64,000 bases of DNA from Desulfosudaceae bacterium. Its GTDB lineage: Bacteria; Desulfobacterota; Desulfobacteria; Desulfobacterales; Desulfosudaceae. Location of the stretch: assembly GCA_963674745.2 (NCBI GenBank), contig CAXXDV010000003.1, positions 640,001 through 704,000 on the forward strand, written 5' to 3'. A program made the translations under genes and the position numbers. Below, piece after piece: positions 47,289 through 57,269 of the stretch (positions are counted from its first letter, which is position 1; every line of letters begins with the position of its first letter). The notes beneath the pieces are model-generated. The model was given only the letters and a program-made list of their open reading frames with translations. It was not told where the DNA came from and made no database searches.

Positions 47289-47981
47289 GTGATTGTTGAA
47301 CCTATATCAATTTCAACGGGGAAGATGAAACGAGCCAGACAATCAGACCAGAAGACGGCCCGGCGTCAGGACATTTTAACGGCTGCCTGGGATTTGTTTT
47401 TAGAGTCATCCGGAGAATTGCCGACCGTAACACGCGTGGCGCGGCGGGTCGGTCTGTCAAAGGGAACCCTTTATCTCTATTTTTCTTCCAAAGAAGAATT
47501 ATTTTTTTCTGTTTTTGAAAGCCGGGTAGAGGAATGGGTGCGGTCAATTGAAACCGTCCTGGGAGAGAGGATGGCGGATATCGGTATAATAGACTTATCC
47601 CGTGCACTGACCGGGTATGCGGCTGAAAATCCCCTGGTGATCAAACTAGGCACCATCACCAAGAGTTTTATTCAAAACAACATCGATGCCAACATTATTT
47701 ATGATTGCGATAAGCGCATCGTGACCCTTGTCGATATGGCGGCCGGGGTAATCTCGGAACGATTTTCCTTTATCACCCGCAAGCAGGCCTCGCAGATGCT
47801 GGCACGGGGTTATGCCCTGACGCTCGGGCTTTGGCAGGTACTGGATCGGCCACCGGCGGTCAGCAGCCGGTTACTGGATGAGGGAATCGATATGTTTATG
47901 CCGGAATTTGAGAAAAATATTGTTGAGACAACGGAAATATTTTTAAACGGCTATTTGCGTTACCTGAAAGAAACCGGATGA
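47289..47981 (+). CDS. TetR family transcriptional regulator
   Basis: KRARQ...RRQDIL, VARRVGLSKGTLYLYFSSKEELF; start may be ATG 47325. Confidence 0.92.
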   Translation: MIVEPISISTGKMKRARQSDQKTARRQDILTAAWDLFLESSGELPTVTRVARRVGLSKGTLYLYFSSKEELFFSVFESRVEEWVRSIETVLGERMADIGIIDLSRALTGYAAENPLVIKLGTITKSFIQNNIDANIIYDCDKRIVTLVDMAAGVISERFSFITRKQASQMLARGYALTLGLWQVLDRPPAVSSRLLDEGIDMFMPEFEKNIVETTEIFLNGYLRYLKETG

Positions 47982-48003
47982 TACATCGGGTTGGGAACCG
48001 GAT

Positions 48004-49377
48004 ATGAAAAGAATTTTCTTGTTTTTGTTGATTGTCGTAATGCCGGTCAGTGGCCGGGCATTGACGTTGCAGGAGGCGGTGTCCGTCGGGTTAAAAAAGA
48101 ACCTGGAATTGTCGGCCGCGGAAAAGCAGCAGGACGCGGCCCGGGCCGAGGCGTCCGGACAAATGCGCGATTTCTTCCCCAAACTTCTGGCGGAAGGTAA
48201 ATACATGGATTTGACGGATCAGGGAAGCATGGAAATCCCTCAAGGGGCATATAATATGGGTGTTCCCATGACGCCCATACCCGCTTATGATGTGGCGACA
48301 TACTTAAACGACAAGACCATGCATGACTATTCCTTCACCCTGGCCCAGCCGATTCTGGGGCTTTATAAAATCAACAAAGCCTGGCGTTTAAAAAAGAAAA
48401 TAGCCGCCATTGCCGGGGCCGATGTCGGGGTCTTGAAGCATAAAGTCACCATGGACGTGATCGAAGCCTTCTGTCATGTCAAGATGGTGGAAAAAAAGAT
48501 TGATCTGGCAAAAACCAATATCACGGAACTTACCGCTCACCTGGCGCGAATCCAAAGCCTCCACCGGGTGGGGCATGTGCTGGACCGGGACCTTTTCCAG
48601 GTCCAGCTGGGGCTGGACAATGCCCGGCTGGAACTGGAAATAGCCGAGCGTGAACGATTGCTGGCCATTGAAAAACTGTTCTGGGTGATGGGCGGGGAGG
48701 TTGAGCCACCGGTTTTTGACGAGCCGGTGGTAGAATTGCCCATGGATGTCGGTGTCAATGACGTTGACGCGGCCCGTTTTGTTAAAAGCGGTCTTCAAAA
48801 TCGCTGGGAAATGAAGAAAGCCGTTGAAGCGGTCAAGGCCGCCGGACTCCAGGTGGGACTGGCGGTCAGTGAATATCTGCCGGAGTTGAACGTATTTGCC
48901 CGATACACGGAGCAGGACGGCGACCATTCTTTGCCGGACAAAAACACGATTGTCGGAGTAGAGGTGACGGCCACACTTTTTGAATGGGGAAAGACCGGTA
49001 AACAGAAGACCGCGGCGGGCATGCGCCTGGACAGCGCCCGAAAGAACCTTGAAAATGCCAAAGAAATGATCCGCCTTGATGTGCTGCTGGCACTGAAGAC
49101 CTTTGAAGACAGCCGCTCCAGGCACCGGCTGGCCGATCAGAGCTTAACGCTGGCCGAAGAATCCCTGCGCATCACCCAGAAGCAGTATGAAGCGGGCCGG
49201 GCCACCATAACCGACCTTTTGAATGACCAGACGGTTTTTCACCAGGCCCGAACAGACCTTGCCCTGGTCGCGGACCAGATGATTATCGATTATGCCGCGG
49301 TGCGGACGGCAGCCGGAATGCCGCCGCTTCCCGACATGGATATCAACGAATCTCGTTATACAGGTGACACATATTAA
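48004..49377 (+). CDS. TolC-family outer membrane efflux protein
   Basis: Signal peptide; LTLQEAV..GLKKN, YLPELN, LFEWG, YEAGRAT. Confidence 0.9.
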   Translation: MKRIFLFLLIVVMPVSGRALTLQEAVSVGLKKNLELSAAEKQQDAARAEASGQMRDFFPKLLAEGKYMDLTDQGSMEIPQGAYNMGVPMTPIPAYDVATYLNDKTMHDYSFTLAQPILGLYKINKAWRLKKKIAAIAGADVGVLKHKVTMDVIEAFCHVKMVEKKIDLAKTNITELTAHLARIQSLHRVGHVLDRDLFQVQLGLDNARLELEIAERERLLAIEKLFWVMGGEVEPPVFDEPVVELPMDVGVNDVDAARFVKSGLQNRWEMKKAVEAVKAAGLQVGLAVSEYLPELNVFARYTEQDGDHSLPDKNTIVGVEVTATLFEWGKTGKQKTAAGMRLDSARKNLENAKEMIRLDVLLALKTFEDSRSRHRLADQSLTLAEESLRITQKQYEAGRATITDLLNDQTVFHQARTDLALVADQMIIDYAAVRTAAGMPPLPDMDINESRYTGDTY

Positions 49378-49388
49378 AGAGGCGCCTT

Positions 49389-50435
49389 ATGAAGAAAGTT
49401 TTTTTGTTGCTGCTCGTTTTTTCGTTGCTGTGCTACGGGTGTAAGGAAAGCGAAAAAGAAGATGCGCAGGTCCTGCCCATCCCCGTCAAGGTGCGCAAGA
49501 TCGAAACAAGTGTTCTGACAAACACCATCCGTCTGACAGGTACCATCCGTCCCCGGGAGAAAGCGGGGCTGTCATTCAAGGTGCCGGGCCGGATTGCGGA
49601 TATACTGGTCGATGAAGGCGACCGGATCGGCAAAGGCGATGTGGTGGCCCTGCTGGAAGCTAATGATTACGAGCTGAACGTCAAAATGGCGGAAGCGCAA
49701 GTTAAAGCCCTGGCCCCGGAATACCAGCGGCAGCGGTCCCTGCTCAAGGATAAAGCCATTACCCAGGCCGAGTTCGAGCAGTTTGAAGCCCAGTACAAGG
49801 TGGCCACCTATAAATTGAACCTGGCCAGAAACAACCTGAAGGACTGCCAATTAAAAGCGCCTTTCGACGGCGAGATCGCCCGGCGCCAGGCCGATTCCGG
49901 TGAACTGGCTGCGCCTGACCGGGTCATCGTTCTATTAATGGATATGAGCGGGGTGGAGGCGGAGATCGGCGTGCCCGACCTTGATATCAACCGGTTTAAA
50001 CTGGGTGAGGAAGTGGCTTTTACCATGAGCGCGTTTCCGGAAAAAAAGTTTACCGGCAAAGTCGTACTCATCGGTTCCATGCCGGATCCGGTTTCCAGAA
50101 CCTATCGGGTCCGGGTCAGCCTGCCCAATCCGGGCGGCCTGCTCAAGGCCGGCATGATCGTGACCATGAATTTTAAGATCAAAAACGGGGGGAAGAAACT
50201 GGCCGGCGCACCGCTTTCCGCCATTCTTCATTCGGTTGACGCCGGTCCGTACGTATTTGTGGTCAAAGACGGTAAGGCCGTCAAAAAGGATATTGTCCTC
50301 GGTCCCATGTTTCAGAAGCTGGTGGGAGTGGAAAGCGGTCTGGAAGATGGTGACATGCTGATCGTCGAGGGACAGCATTACGTCCGGCCCGGACAGCAAA
50401 TCAAGATTATGAACCAGACGACCCAGGCAGGTTGA
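49389..50435 (+). CDS. RND efflux membrane fusion (periplasmic adaptor) lipoprotein
   Basis: Lipobox YGC; LSFKVPGRI..ILVDEGD, LKAPFDG, SRTYRVRV, LKAGM, GLEDGD. Confidence 0.93.
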   Translation: MKKVFLLLLVFSLLCYGCKESEKEDAQVLPIPVKVRKIETSVLTNTIRLTGTIRPREKAGLSFKVPGRIADILVDEGDRIGKGDVVALLEANDYELNVKMAEAQVKALAPEYQRQRSLLKDKAITQAEFEQFEAQYKVATYKLNLARNNLKDCQLKAPFDGEIARRQADSGELAAPDRVIVLLMDMSGVEAEIGVPDLDINRFKLGEEVAFTMSAFPEKKFTGKVVLIGSMPDPVSRTYRVRVSLPNPGGLLKAGMIVTMNFKIKNGGKKLAGAPLSAILHSVDAGPYVFVVKDGKAVKKDIVLGPMFQKLVGVESGLEDGDMLIVEGQHYVRPGQQIKIMNQTTQAG

Positions 50436-50436
50436 T

Positions 50437-53400
50437 ATGAACATCCCCAAAGCGTCCATTCAAAGAGGGCCGGCCCTGATCGTGGCCGTTGTCCTGATCG
50501 TCATCTGGGGTATTTTCGGGTACCGGGATATCCCCAAAAGAGAATACCCGGAAGTTGATTTCCCGGCCTGCAACATCATAACGATCTGGCCGGGTGCTTC
50601 ACCTGAAAAGGTGGAACAGCTTATCAGCGAGAAAATAGAGGACGCGGCCGGCAAGGCGGAAAATATCGAAAAAACCGTTTCCTGGAGCCGGACGGGTATC
50701 AGTATTGTTTTTGCCTATGTCGACACCGACAAATTGTTTCTGGACAAGCAGAAGATCTGGGACGAAGTCAAGGAAGAGGTGGACCGGGTCCGGGATGAGA
50801 TGCCCGAGGGAATTTATTTCGGGCCTTTTGTGAACGACCGCTTTTCCGAAGTAAAATCCATGCTCATTTCACTGTCTTCGGACGAAAGGTCTTATCCGGA
50901 GCTGATCGATTACGCCGAAAGTCTGTCCGATGAATTAACCTATCTTGATACCGTAAACCGGTCGGAAATTTCCGGAAATACCCGGGAAGTGATTTATCTT
51001 GTTTCAACCGAGCGTTTTAATGAATACGGTGTCCATCTTCTGGATGTCATGCGCGCCCTTTCCGCGCGAAACATCACCATGAGCGGCGGAATCCTGAGCC
51101 TTTCCGGCAATGAAATGATTATCGAGCCTTCGGGTGAGTTCAACAGCCTGTCTGAAATCGGTGACGTGGTTATCAATGTCAGCCCGGAAACCGGCCATGC
51201 CGTGTACCTGAGGGACCTGTTTACCATCAGGCGGGGACTGGAAGACCCGCCCGACCAGATGGCCCATGTCAACGGCAAACGGGCGATCCTGGTGGATGTG
51301 GAGCTGAAAAAAGGGGAGAACGTCATCCGCATGGGCGAGCAGGTGGAAGAAATGCTCGAGCGGGCGAAAAAGACGTTTCCTTCGGACGTAAATATCAATG
51401 TGGTGGTCAGCCAGGCTGAGGTTGTGTCTGAAAAACTGAGTGAATTTTCCAGGAACCTCTATCAGGGCATTATCCTTGTTTTGGCGGTGGCCCTTTTATC
51501 CATCGGCATCAGGCCGGCCGTTATCATGGCTGTGGCCATTCCCCTGTCTCTTTTATTTACCTTTGGTGTTCTGCCCGTCATGGGACGTGACATGGAAAAC
51601 ATGGTCATCACCGGACTGATCGTGGCCCTGGGGATGATCGTGGACAATGCCGTGGTGATTACCGAAAATATCGACCGTTATATGCAAATGGGGTATGACA
51701 AAGTTCGTGCCGCCTGGACCGGAACCGGCGAGGTGGCCATCCCCATGCTCAGCGCCACGGCCACGACCATCGCGGCTTTCGGACCGCTGGCCTTTATCCC
51801 CGGAACCGTGGGCGAGTTCATCGTCTCCATTCCCCTGGTGGTGATCATTGCCTTGAGTGCTTCTTACGCCATTGCCATTACCATTACCCCCTGGATGTGT
51901 TCCCGTATCCTTGTCGCCAGAGAGGTCGAGCAGAAACCGGAGAAATCAGCCATAAACGAACAACTGCCCGGTTTTTGGGGCAGAATCGGTCGCGTTTACA
52001 ATACTGTGATCGGCGTTTCATTAAAGCGGCCGAAACTGGTGATCATGGCGGCCCTGCTTGTTTTTATTGTCTCCCTGATGTTGATTCCCAGGCTGGGGAT
52101 GCAGTTTTTTCCCCTGGCGCAGAAAGACCTTTTTTTAATCGAAGTCTGGGCGCCGGAGGGTACCAATGTCGATAAAACCAGAGAAATCGCCGCGCAGGCA
52201 GAGGATATTTTAAAGGAAGAAAAGAAGATTAAATCCTTTGTAACCTATACCGGTATCGGTTCACCCCGGATTGAACTCGGTGTCATACAGCAGAACCTGA
52301 CGCCCAATTATGCCATGATCTGGGTGAAAACGCACGACTGGCATGAAACCAACGACCTGGTGCCGGAGATAAGAGAGAAAATAAGAAGAAACGTGGTCGG
52401 TGCCCGGGTGGAAACAAAACTTCTGGAAACCGGCCCGCCGGTCGGGGCACCGGTGTCCATAGAGATCCAGGGGGAAGATATCGATATTTTGAGAGGCCTC
52501 TCCGAACAGGTCCAGCAGTTGATTGCCGGACAGAAAGGGGTTTTTGCCATTCATGACGATTTCGGGACCAACGCCTACAAGATCAGCGGTGATTTTGACG
52601 AGGACGAAATAAAAAGGATCGGCCTGACCAACCAGGAAATCGCCCTGTCGCTGATGGCCAATTTTTCCGGGCTGCATGTCACCAATTTCAGAGAGGACGA
52701 CAAGACCATTCCGATCAAGCTGAAAGCCGCCGATTACCTGATTGATGACTTTAATGACCTGGCCGAAACCCGGGTGCGTTCGTCTCTTACCCAAAAAGAA
52801 ATTGCCATAAAGCAGGTGGCAAAAATTACGGCCCGGCCCTATGTGCCGGTGATCCGCCACAAAAACGGCAAAAGAACCTTAAAAGTCAACGCCTTTGTGG
52901 AAGAAGGGGTTCTGGCCGATACTATTCTTAAGAATATCTGGCCGGACATCGAGAAGCTGGAAATACCGGAAGGTTATCATCTGAAAAAGGCCGGTGAGTT
53001 TGAAGAGCGCGAAAAGGCTTTCGGCCGTATTTCCCGGGCTTTCATGAATGCGATCCTGCTCATGCTGCTGGTGCTGATGATCAATTTCAACTCCGTTAAA
53101 AAGACCCTGATTATTTTTTCCACCATACCCCTTTCCCTGGTCGGTTCGGTAACCGGGTTGTTTGTCACGGGTTACCCTTTCGGTTTCATGGCGTTTCTGG
53201 GGGTGGTGGCCTTAAGCGGGATTGTGGTCAATAACGCCATTATCCTGATTGATTTTATCGATAAAAGAATAAAGGATGGTGAAAAGCCGTCGTCTGCCAT
53301 CCGGAACGCAGGGCGGTTAAGAATGCGGCCGATTTTTGTGACAACCGCCACCACCATGGGCGGCATGCTGCCCCTGGGCCTGGCCGGCGGGCCGCTTTTC

Positions 53401-53523
53401 GCGCCCATGGCCTGGGTGATTATTTTCGGTTTGGCCGCTTCCACGGTACTGACCCTGATCGTGGTGCCTAATTTATATTATGTGCTGATCGGTAAGAAAC
53501 TCGAAAGTGCCATGGCGGTTTAG
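50437..53523 (+). CDS. RND efflux permease (AcrB/D/F family)
   Basis: WPGASPEKVE, IPLSL, GMIVDNAVV, GPPVG, GIVVNNAI, RMRPI; 1028 aa. Confidence 0.95.
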   Translation: MNIPKASIQRGPALIVAVVLIVIWGIFGYRDIPKREYPEVDFPACNIITIWPGASPEKVEQLISEKIEDAAGKAENIEKTVSWSRTGISIVFAYVDTDKLFLDKQKIWDEVKEEVDRVRDEMPEGIYFGPFVNDRFSEVKSMLISLSSDERSYPELIDYAESLSDELTYLDTVNRSEISGNTREVIYLVSTERFNEYGVHLLDVMRALSARNITMSGGILSLSGNEMIIEPSGEFNSLSEIGDVVINVSPETGHAVYLRDLFTIRRGLEDPPDQMAHVNGKRAILVDVELKKGENVIRMGEQVEEMLERAKKTFPSDVNINVVVSQAEVVSEKLSEFSRNLYQGIILVLAVALLSIGIRPAVIMAVAIPLSLLFTFGVLPVMGRDMENMVITGLIVALGMIVDNAVVITENIDRYMQMGYDKVRAAWTGTGEVAIPMLSATATTIAAFGPLAFIPGTVGEFIVSIPLVVIIALSASYAIAITITPWMCSRILVAREVEQKPEKSAINEQLPGFWGRIGRVYNTVIGVSLKRPKLVIMAALLVFIVSLMLIPRLGMQFFPLAQKDLFLIEVWAPEGTNVDKTREIAAQAEDILKEEKKIKSFVTYTGIGSPRIELGVIQQNLTPNYAMIWVKTHDWHETNDLVPEIREKIRRNVVGARVETKLLETGPPVGAPVSIEIQGEDIDILRGLSEQVQQLIAGQKGVFAIHDDFGTNAYKISGDFDEDEIKRIGLTNQEIALSLMANFSGLHVTNFREDDKTIPIKLKAADYLIDDFNDLAETRVRSSLTQKEIAIKQVAKITARPYVPVIRHKNGKRTLKVNAFVEEGVLADTILKNIWPDIEKLEIPEGYHLKKAGEFEEREKAFGRISRAFMNAILLMLLVLMINFNSVKKTLIIFSTIPLSLVGSVTGLFVTGYPFGFMAFLGVVALSGIVVNNAIILIDFIDKRIKDGEKPSSAIRNAGRLRMRPIFVTTATTMGGMLPLGLAGGPLFAPMAWVIIFGLAASTVLTLIVVPNLYYVLIGKKLESAMAV

Positions 53524-53594
53524 CCGGATATGTCACGAGTTGATTCGGACCCGATCTCCCGGTTCTTTCAGCAAGTCGTGGTACGCGAATTTCT

Positions 53595-53634
53595 GTAGGG
53601 GCACGGCGTGCCGTGCCCGATTGTGAATTACGTC
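53595..53634 (+). repeat. GTAG-family REP
   Basis: GTAGGGGCACGGCGTGCCGTGCCCGATTGTGAATTACGTC; near reverse complement of 47107-47146. Confidence 0.85.
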
Positions 53635-53904
53635 ACAGTTACTTCCCAGTCTGGTTTTATGCATTTGTTGTCAGGCGTTGTCACTGCCCGATTAAATTCA
53701 TGTTTTTGATTCAACCGGCTGCTTTTCATTGCATATTCCTTTTAATATTAAAAATATACAGTAGTACAAAAGTTGCAGCCGTCCGCCAGAATAAAAATTT
53801 TACCTGTGGTGTATAGGCGCATTTATTACTTGACTGGTCGGTCTATTCGTGCCAGATTGATTATCAGTAATTCACTTTGGTTTGTATGTTATACAGGGGG
53901 GGAA

Positions 53905-54258
53905 ATGGAAAAAAAAGTTGAATGGATCCGTCACAAAGACAAACGTATTCTGTGCACCAATTATTCCGGTTTAAATGATGACGAGTATTGCCGGACTGCG
54001 GATGAAGCCCGACGGATTCTGGAAAAAGAGCCGGAAAATTCCGTATTGTGCATGGCCATTGTTGACTCCGGAAAGGTGAACGAGCGGATCCGTCAGAAAG
54101 CCAAAGAGCAGAGAGAGGCCACAAGGAAATACTTAAAAGCGTTGGCCGCCGTGGGCATGAAGGGGCCGGCCAAGATCCTGGCCCAATTGATCTATCGGGA
54201 CGTCAATTTCTTCAATAATACTGAAGAAGCAATGGACTGGCTGGCGGCTCAGGAATGA
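53905..54258 (+). CDS. Small STAS/SEC14 (SpoIIAA-like) domain protein
   Basis: VEWIRHKDKRIL..NYSGL, ALAAVG, FFNNTEEAMDWL; G-rich SD. Confidence 0.65.
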   Translation: MEKKVEWIRHKDKRILCTNYSGLNDDEYCRTADEARRILEKEPENSVLCMAIVDSGKVNERIRQKAKEQREATRKYLKALAAVGMKGPAKILAQLIYRDVNFFNNTEEAMDWLAAQE

Positions 54259-54354
54259 GGTCTTGTGTCGTTTCCGCCGGTTGCGCTCTAATCTCTCACG
54301 GACTGCTATCGTAGCGCCAGGCTTTTGCCGTCTGCCGGAACCTTTTCTCTTCAG

Positions 54355-54575
54355 CTAAACGCCTTGTTCATCAAGAAACCCGACCAGTGTACGATGCCAG
54401 TGATCGGTCTGCTCCAGATAGCAGGGGTGAGGTGCGTCCTTCAGAAACACCGGTGATGTGATCCCCTCCTGTTTGAGTAATTCATAAACCAGGTCAACCG
54501 GCGAAGCCGGGCAGGATGGCGAGCGGCCGAATCCCGGCATATCCAGGGCATGTACCCGGTAACCGGGCCAGTTGT
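54355..54575 (-). pseudogene. Alpha/beta hydrolase remnant with internal deletion
   Basis: GYRVHALDMPGFGRS joined almost directly to the C-terminal APHPCYLE; nucleophile elbow and N-terminus are missing. Confidence 0.6.
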
Positions 54576-54721
54576 TAAACTGCCGTTCGGTAGGCGCCGG
54601 CACTGCGTTCAAGGGAGGGAATGTAAACGTATTTTGTATTGACAGACAGAGACCGCCTATGCGATAGATAGTCGCCATATAAGCACTCCGCTTATATGGC
54701 TCCTGCCCGGATATTTTCCAT

Positions 54722-56146
54722 ATGAATGATATGACATCGTCAAAAGCGAAAGAGATGCTTTTGTCCGTCAGCCAGGGCGCTGTCGGCCTTTTTGTCAGCA
54801 TTGTCAGCCTGGTTATCATAGAGCGGACGTATGGCGAAAAAGGTCTGGGCACTTTCTCTTTTCTGATTTCCCTTTACATTCTTTCGGGATTTATCACCGA
54901 ATTCGGTATGGCCGGTCTGGTTGAACGGGAAACGGCCATCAACAGCGGCAGAAAAGAGATCCTTTTGCGGGAAGCCTACTGCGCCCTTTTCTGGTGGGGC
55001 TTTTTGTTTACTGTTCTGTTTGTCCTGACAGCCGTCTACGATGCCTCCTGGACAAAAGTTGATGAAAAACGTATGGCTTATCTGATCATTGCCTTAACCT
55101 TCCCCATCAGAAACCTCAACAAACTCAGGCTGGCCGTTCTAGACGGCAGTAAACATCACGACCAGGCGGCCATGTTGCGGCTGCAAAAGCATCTGATATT
55201 TATTTTTGCGGTTTTCTGGCTGGCACTGATTGAAATTCCCGTCTCCTTTCTGACCCTGGGGTTTCTGGCTGCTGAGATCGGACAGGCCGGTTTTGCAAAA
55301 AAACACCTTCGGCTGCCGCCGCTGTCAAACCTGTGGCGTCCGTTTGGGGCCATACCCCGGACGCTGAAACAGGGATATCAATATATTTTTACTGACGAAG
55401 CACTGGATGTGGTTCTGTACATGGACTTTTTTATCCTTGGCTTTTTTGTTTCGTCGTGGAATCTGGGGATTTATGCCGAAGCCTCGGTGCTGGTGAAGAT
55501 TTTTTTGCTGATCCCCATGTGTTTGAAGCCCATTTACCGGGAGAGCTATTGCGAGCAGGCCGCCCTGGAATGTCATGAAGATCTGGCCGCCCGGGTGCGA
55601 CGGACATCGACCTGGATTTTTTTTCTTCACGCCCTCGTCGGGCTGTATATGCTGATATATTATCCCAGGGTGATCAACTGTCTGTTTGATTTTCACGGAC
55701 AGCGGGAAATCTCTTTCCGGTTGTTTGCCACCCTGCTGCCCGGTCTGCTCTATTTTTCTGCTGTTATTGTCAGGGAACCGGTTTATGAGGCCGTGGGCCG
55801 ATCCGGGGCACTTCAGCAGATCATTATTTTAATCGCCGTTGTGAATGCGGTTCTTAATTTTTATTTTATTCCCTTTGCCGGTCATTTTGGGGCCGCTTTT
55901 TCAACCGCCACGGCCCTGCTGGTTTATTTCTTTGTTTTTGATTACGATCTCGATCCGGTATATAAAACCGATCGAATGCTATATATTGTCGCCGGTGCCG
56001 CCATTTACCTGATTTATATGTTGTTTTCACATGTCAAGGTGAAGCCCGCCATCAGTTTCTGGTTGATTCCGGCGGTGTTGTTTGTGTTGCTGGTGTTGAC
56101 CGGGTTCTTTACGACTGGAAACAAAGAAGAGGGAAAAAACCCTTGA
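54722..56146 (+). CDS. MOP-superfamily flippase-like membrane protein (Wzx/MATE-like)
   Basis: Many TM segments; RTYGEKGLG, EFG, DFFILG...GIY, NAVLNFYFIP..G..GAA.ST. Confidence 0.78.
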   Translation: MNDMTSSKAKEMLLSVSQGAVGLFVSIVSLVIIERTYGEKGLGTFSFLISLYILSGFITEFGMAGLVERETAINSGRKEILLREAYCALFWWGFLFTVLFVLTAVYDASWTKVDEKRMAYLIIALTFPIRNLNKLRLAVLDGSKHHDQAAMLRLQKHLIFIFAVFWLALIEIPVSFLTLGFLAAEIGQAGFAKKHLRLPPLSNLWRPFGAIPRTLKQGYQYIFTDEALDVVLYMDFFILGFFVSSWNLGIYAEASVLVKIFLLIPMCLKPIYRESYCEQAALECHEDLAARVRRTSTWIFFLHALVGLYMLIYYPRVINCLFDFHGQREISFRLFATLLPGLLYFSAVIVREPVYEAVGRSGALQQIIILIAVVNAVLNFYFIPFAGHFGAAFSTATALLVYFFVFDYDLDPVYKTDRMLYIVAGAAIYLIYMLFSHVKVKPAISFWLIPAVLFVLLVLTGFFTTGNKEEGKNP

Positions 56147-56177
56147 GCTTAAAAATCTATAGACAAGGAGCCAAACC

Positions 56178-57269
56178 ATGGAAGATCAAGAGGTCATTAA
56201 AAGGGTGCCTGAAATACCCCGGAATTTTAAAAGAATTAAAATCCCGAAGATCAGGATTTCGGGCAAGCTGGGATTGATTATCCTCTTTCTGGCGGTCATT
56301 GTCGTTCTTTACAATTCTTTTCTGGTTTATGTCGGTCCCAATGAGTACGGGATCAAACAGGTGAAAATCGGTACAAACCGGGGCATCCAGAAAAAGACTT
56401 TTACGCCGGGACTTCATATTATCATTCCGGTGTTTCAACGCATGCATTATCTGCCGAAAGATGCCCAGGTGTTGGAGCTGACCAATTATCCCGCTACCGC
56501 CTCCCGCTATGCGCGAAGGGAACGGGCGGCCCACATCCAGACATCGGACGGATTTTTTGTGGATGTCGATGTTTCCATCCTTTATCACATTGCAGATCCT
56601 TACAAGGTGTTCACCATGATCGGCCCGGGCACCCTGTTTGAAGACAACGGCATTATCCCCAAAACCGAACCGGCCTTAAAAGACACCCTTGGTAAGTTGA
56701 CCACCGAGGAGTTTTACAACAGCCCCCTGCGGGTCGAACGGGCTCTGGCGGCCAAGGAGAAACTGAACCAGGAGTTAAACGAAAAAGGCATTGCCGTTGA
56801 CCAGGTTCTGGTCCGGTATTTCAAATACAGTGATGAAATTCAGAAAAATATCGAAGAGAAAAAGTTAAAAGACCAGCTGGTGTTTAAGAATCAGGCCGAA
56901 GCCCGGGCGGCGACTGAAGAAGCCACGCTCAAAAAGATCGAGCAGGAAGGAAAAGTCAACGTATCAGTGGAGATGGAAAAAGGCAGCGCCTATGTTACCA
57001 GAAAGCGGGCGGAAAAAGACCTTTATGCCCGAAGTAAACGGGCGGAAGCCGATTTGCTGGTCAAACTGGCCGAAGCCGAGAAAGTCCGGCTTAAAAACGA
57101 GGCCCTTAAAGGCGCCGGCGCCGAGCGGATGGTCGGTCTTAAAATGGCTGAAGTGTATCAGGGCCTGGAACTGATCATCCTGCCCAGCGACGGCCCGTCC
57201 GGCGTCAACCCCCTGGATCTGGATAATGCCCTCAATCTGTTTGATGTCCGCAAAGGAGGTGCCAAATGA
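56178..57269 (+). CDS. SPFH/band 7 domain protein (TM anchored)
   Basis: VYVGPNEYGI, PGLH, QTSDG..VDVDVSILY, IQKNIEEK, coiled-coil with AEA repeats. Confidence 0.88.
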   Translation: MEDQEVIKRVPEIPRNFKRIKIPKIRISGKLGLIILFLAVIVVLYNSFLVYVGPNEYGIKQVKIGTNRGIQKKTFTPGLHIIIPVFQRMHYLPKDAQVLELTNYPATASRYARRERAAHIQTSDGFFVDVDVSILYHIADPYKVFTMIGPGTLFEDNGIIPKTEPALKDTLGKLTTEEFYNSPLRVERALAAKEKLNQELNEKGIAVDQVLVRYFKYSDEIQKNIEEKKLKDQLVFKNQAEARAATEEATLKKIEQEGKVNVSVEMEKGSAYVTRKRAEKDLYARSKRAEADLLVKLAEAEKVRLKNEALKGAGAERMVGLKMAEVYQGLELIILPSDGPSGVNPLDLDNALNLFDVRKGGAK

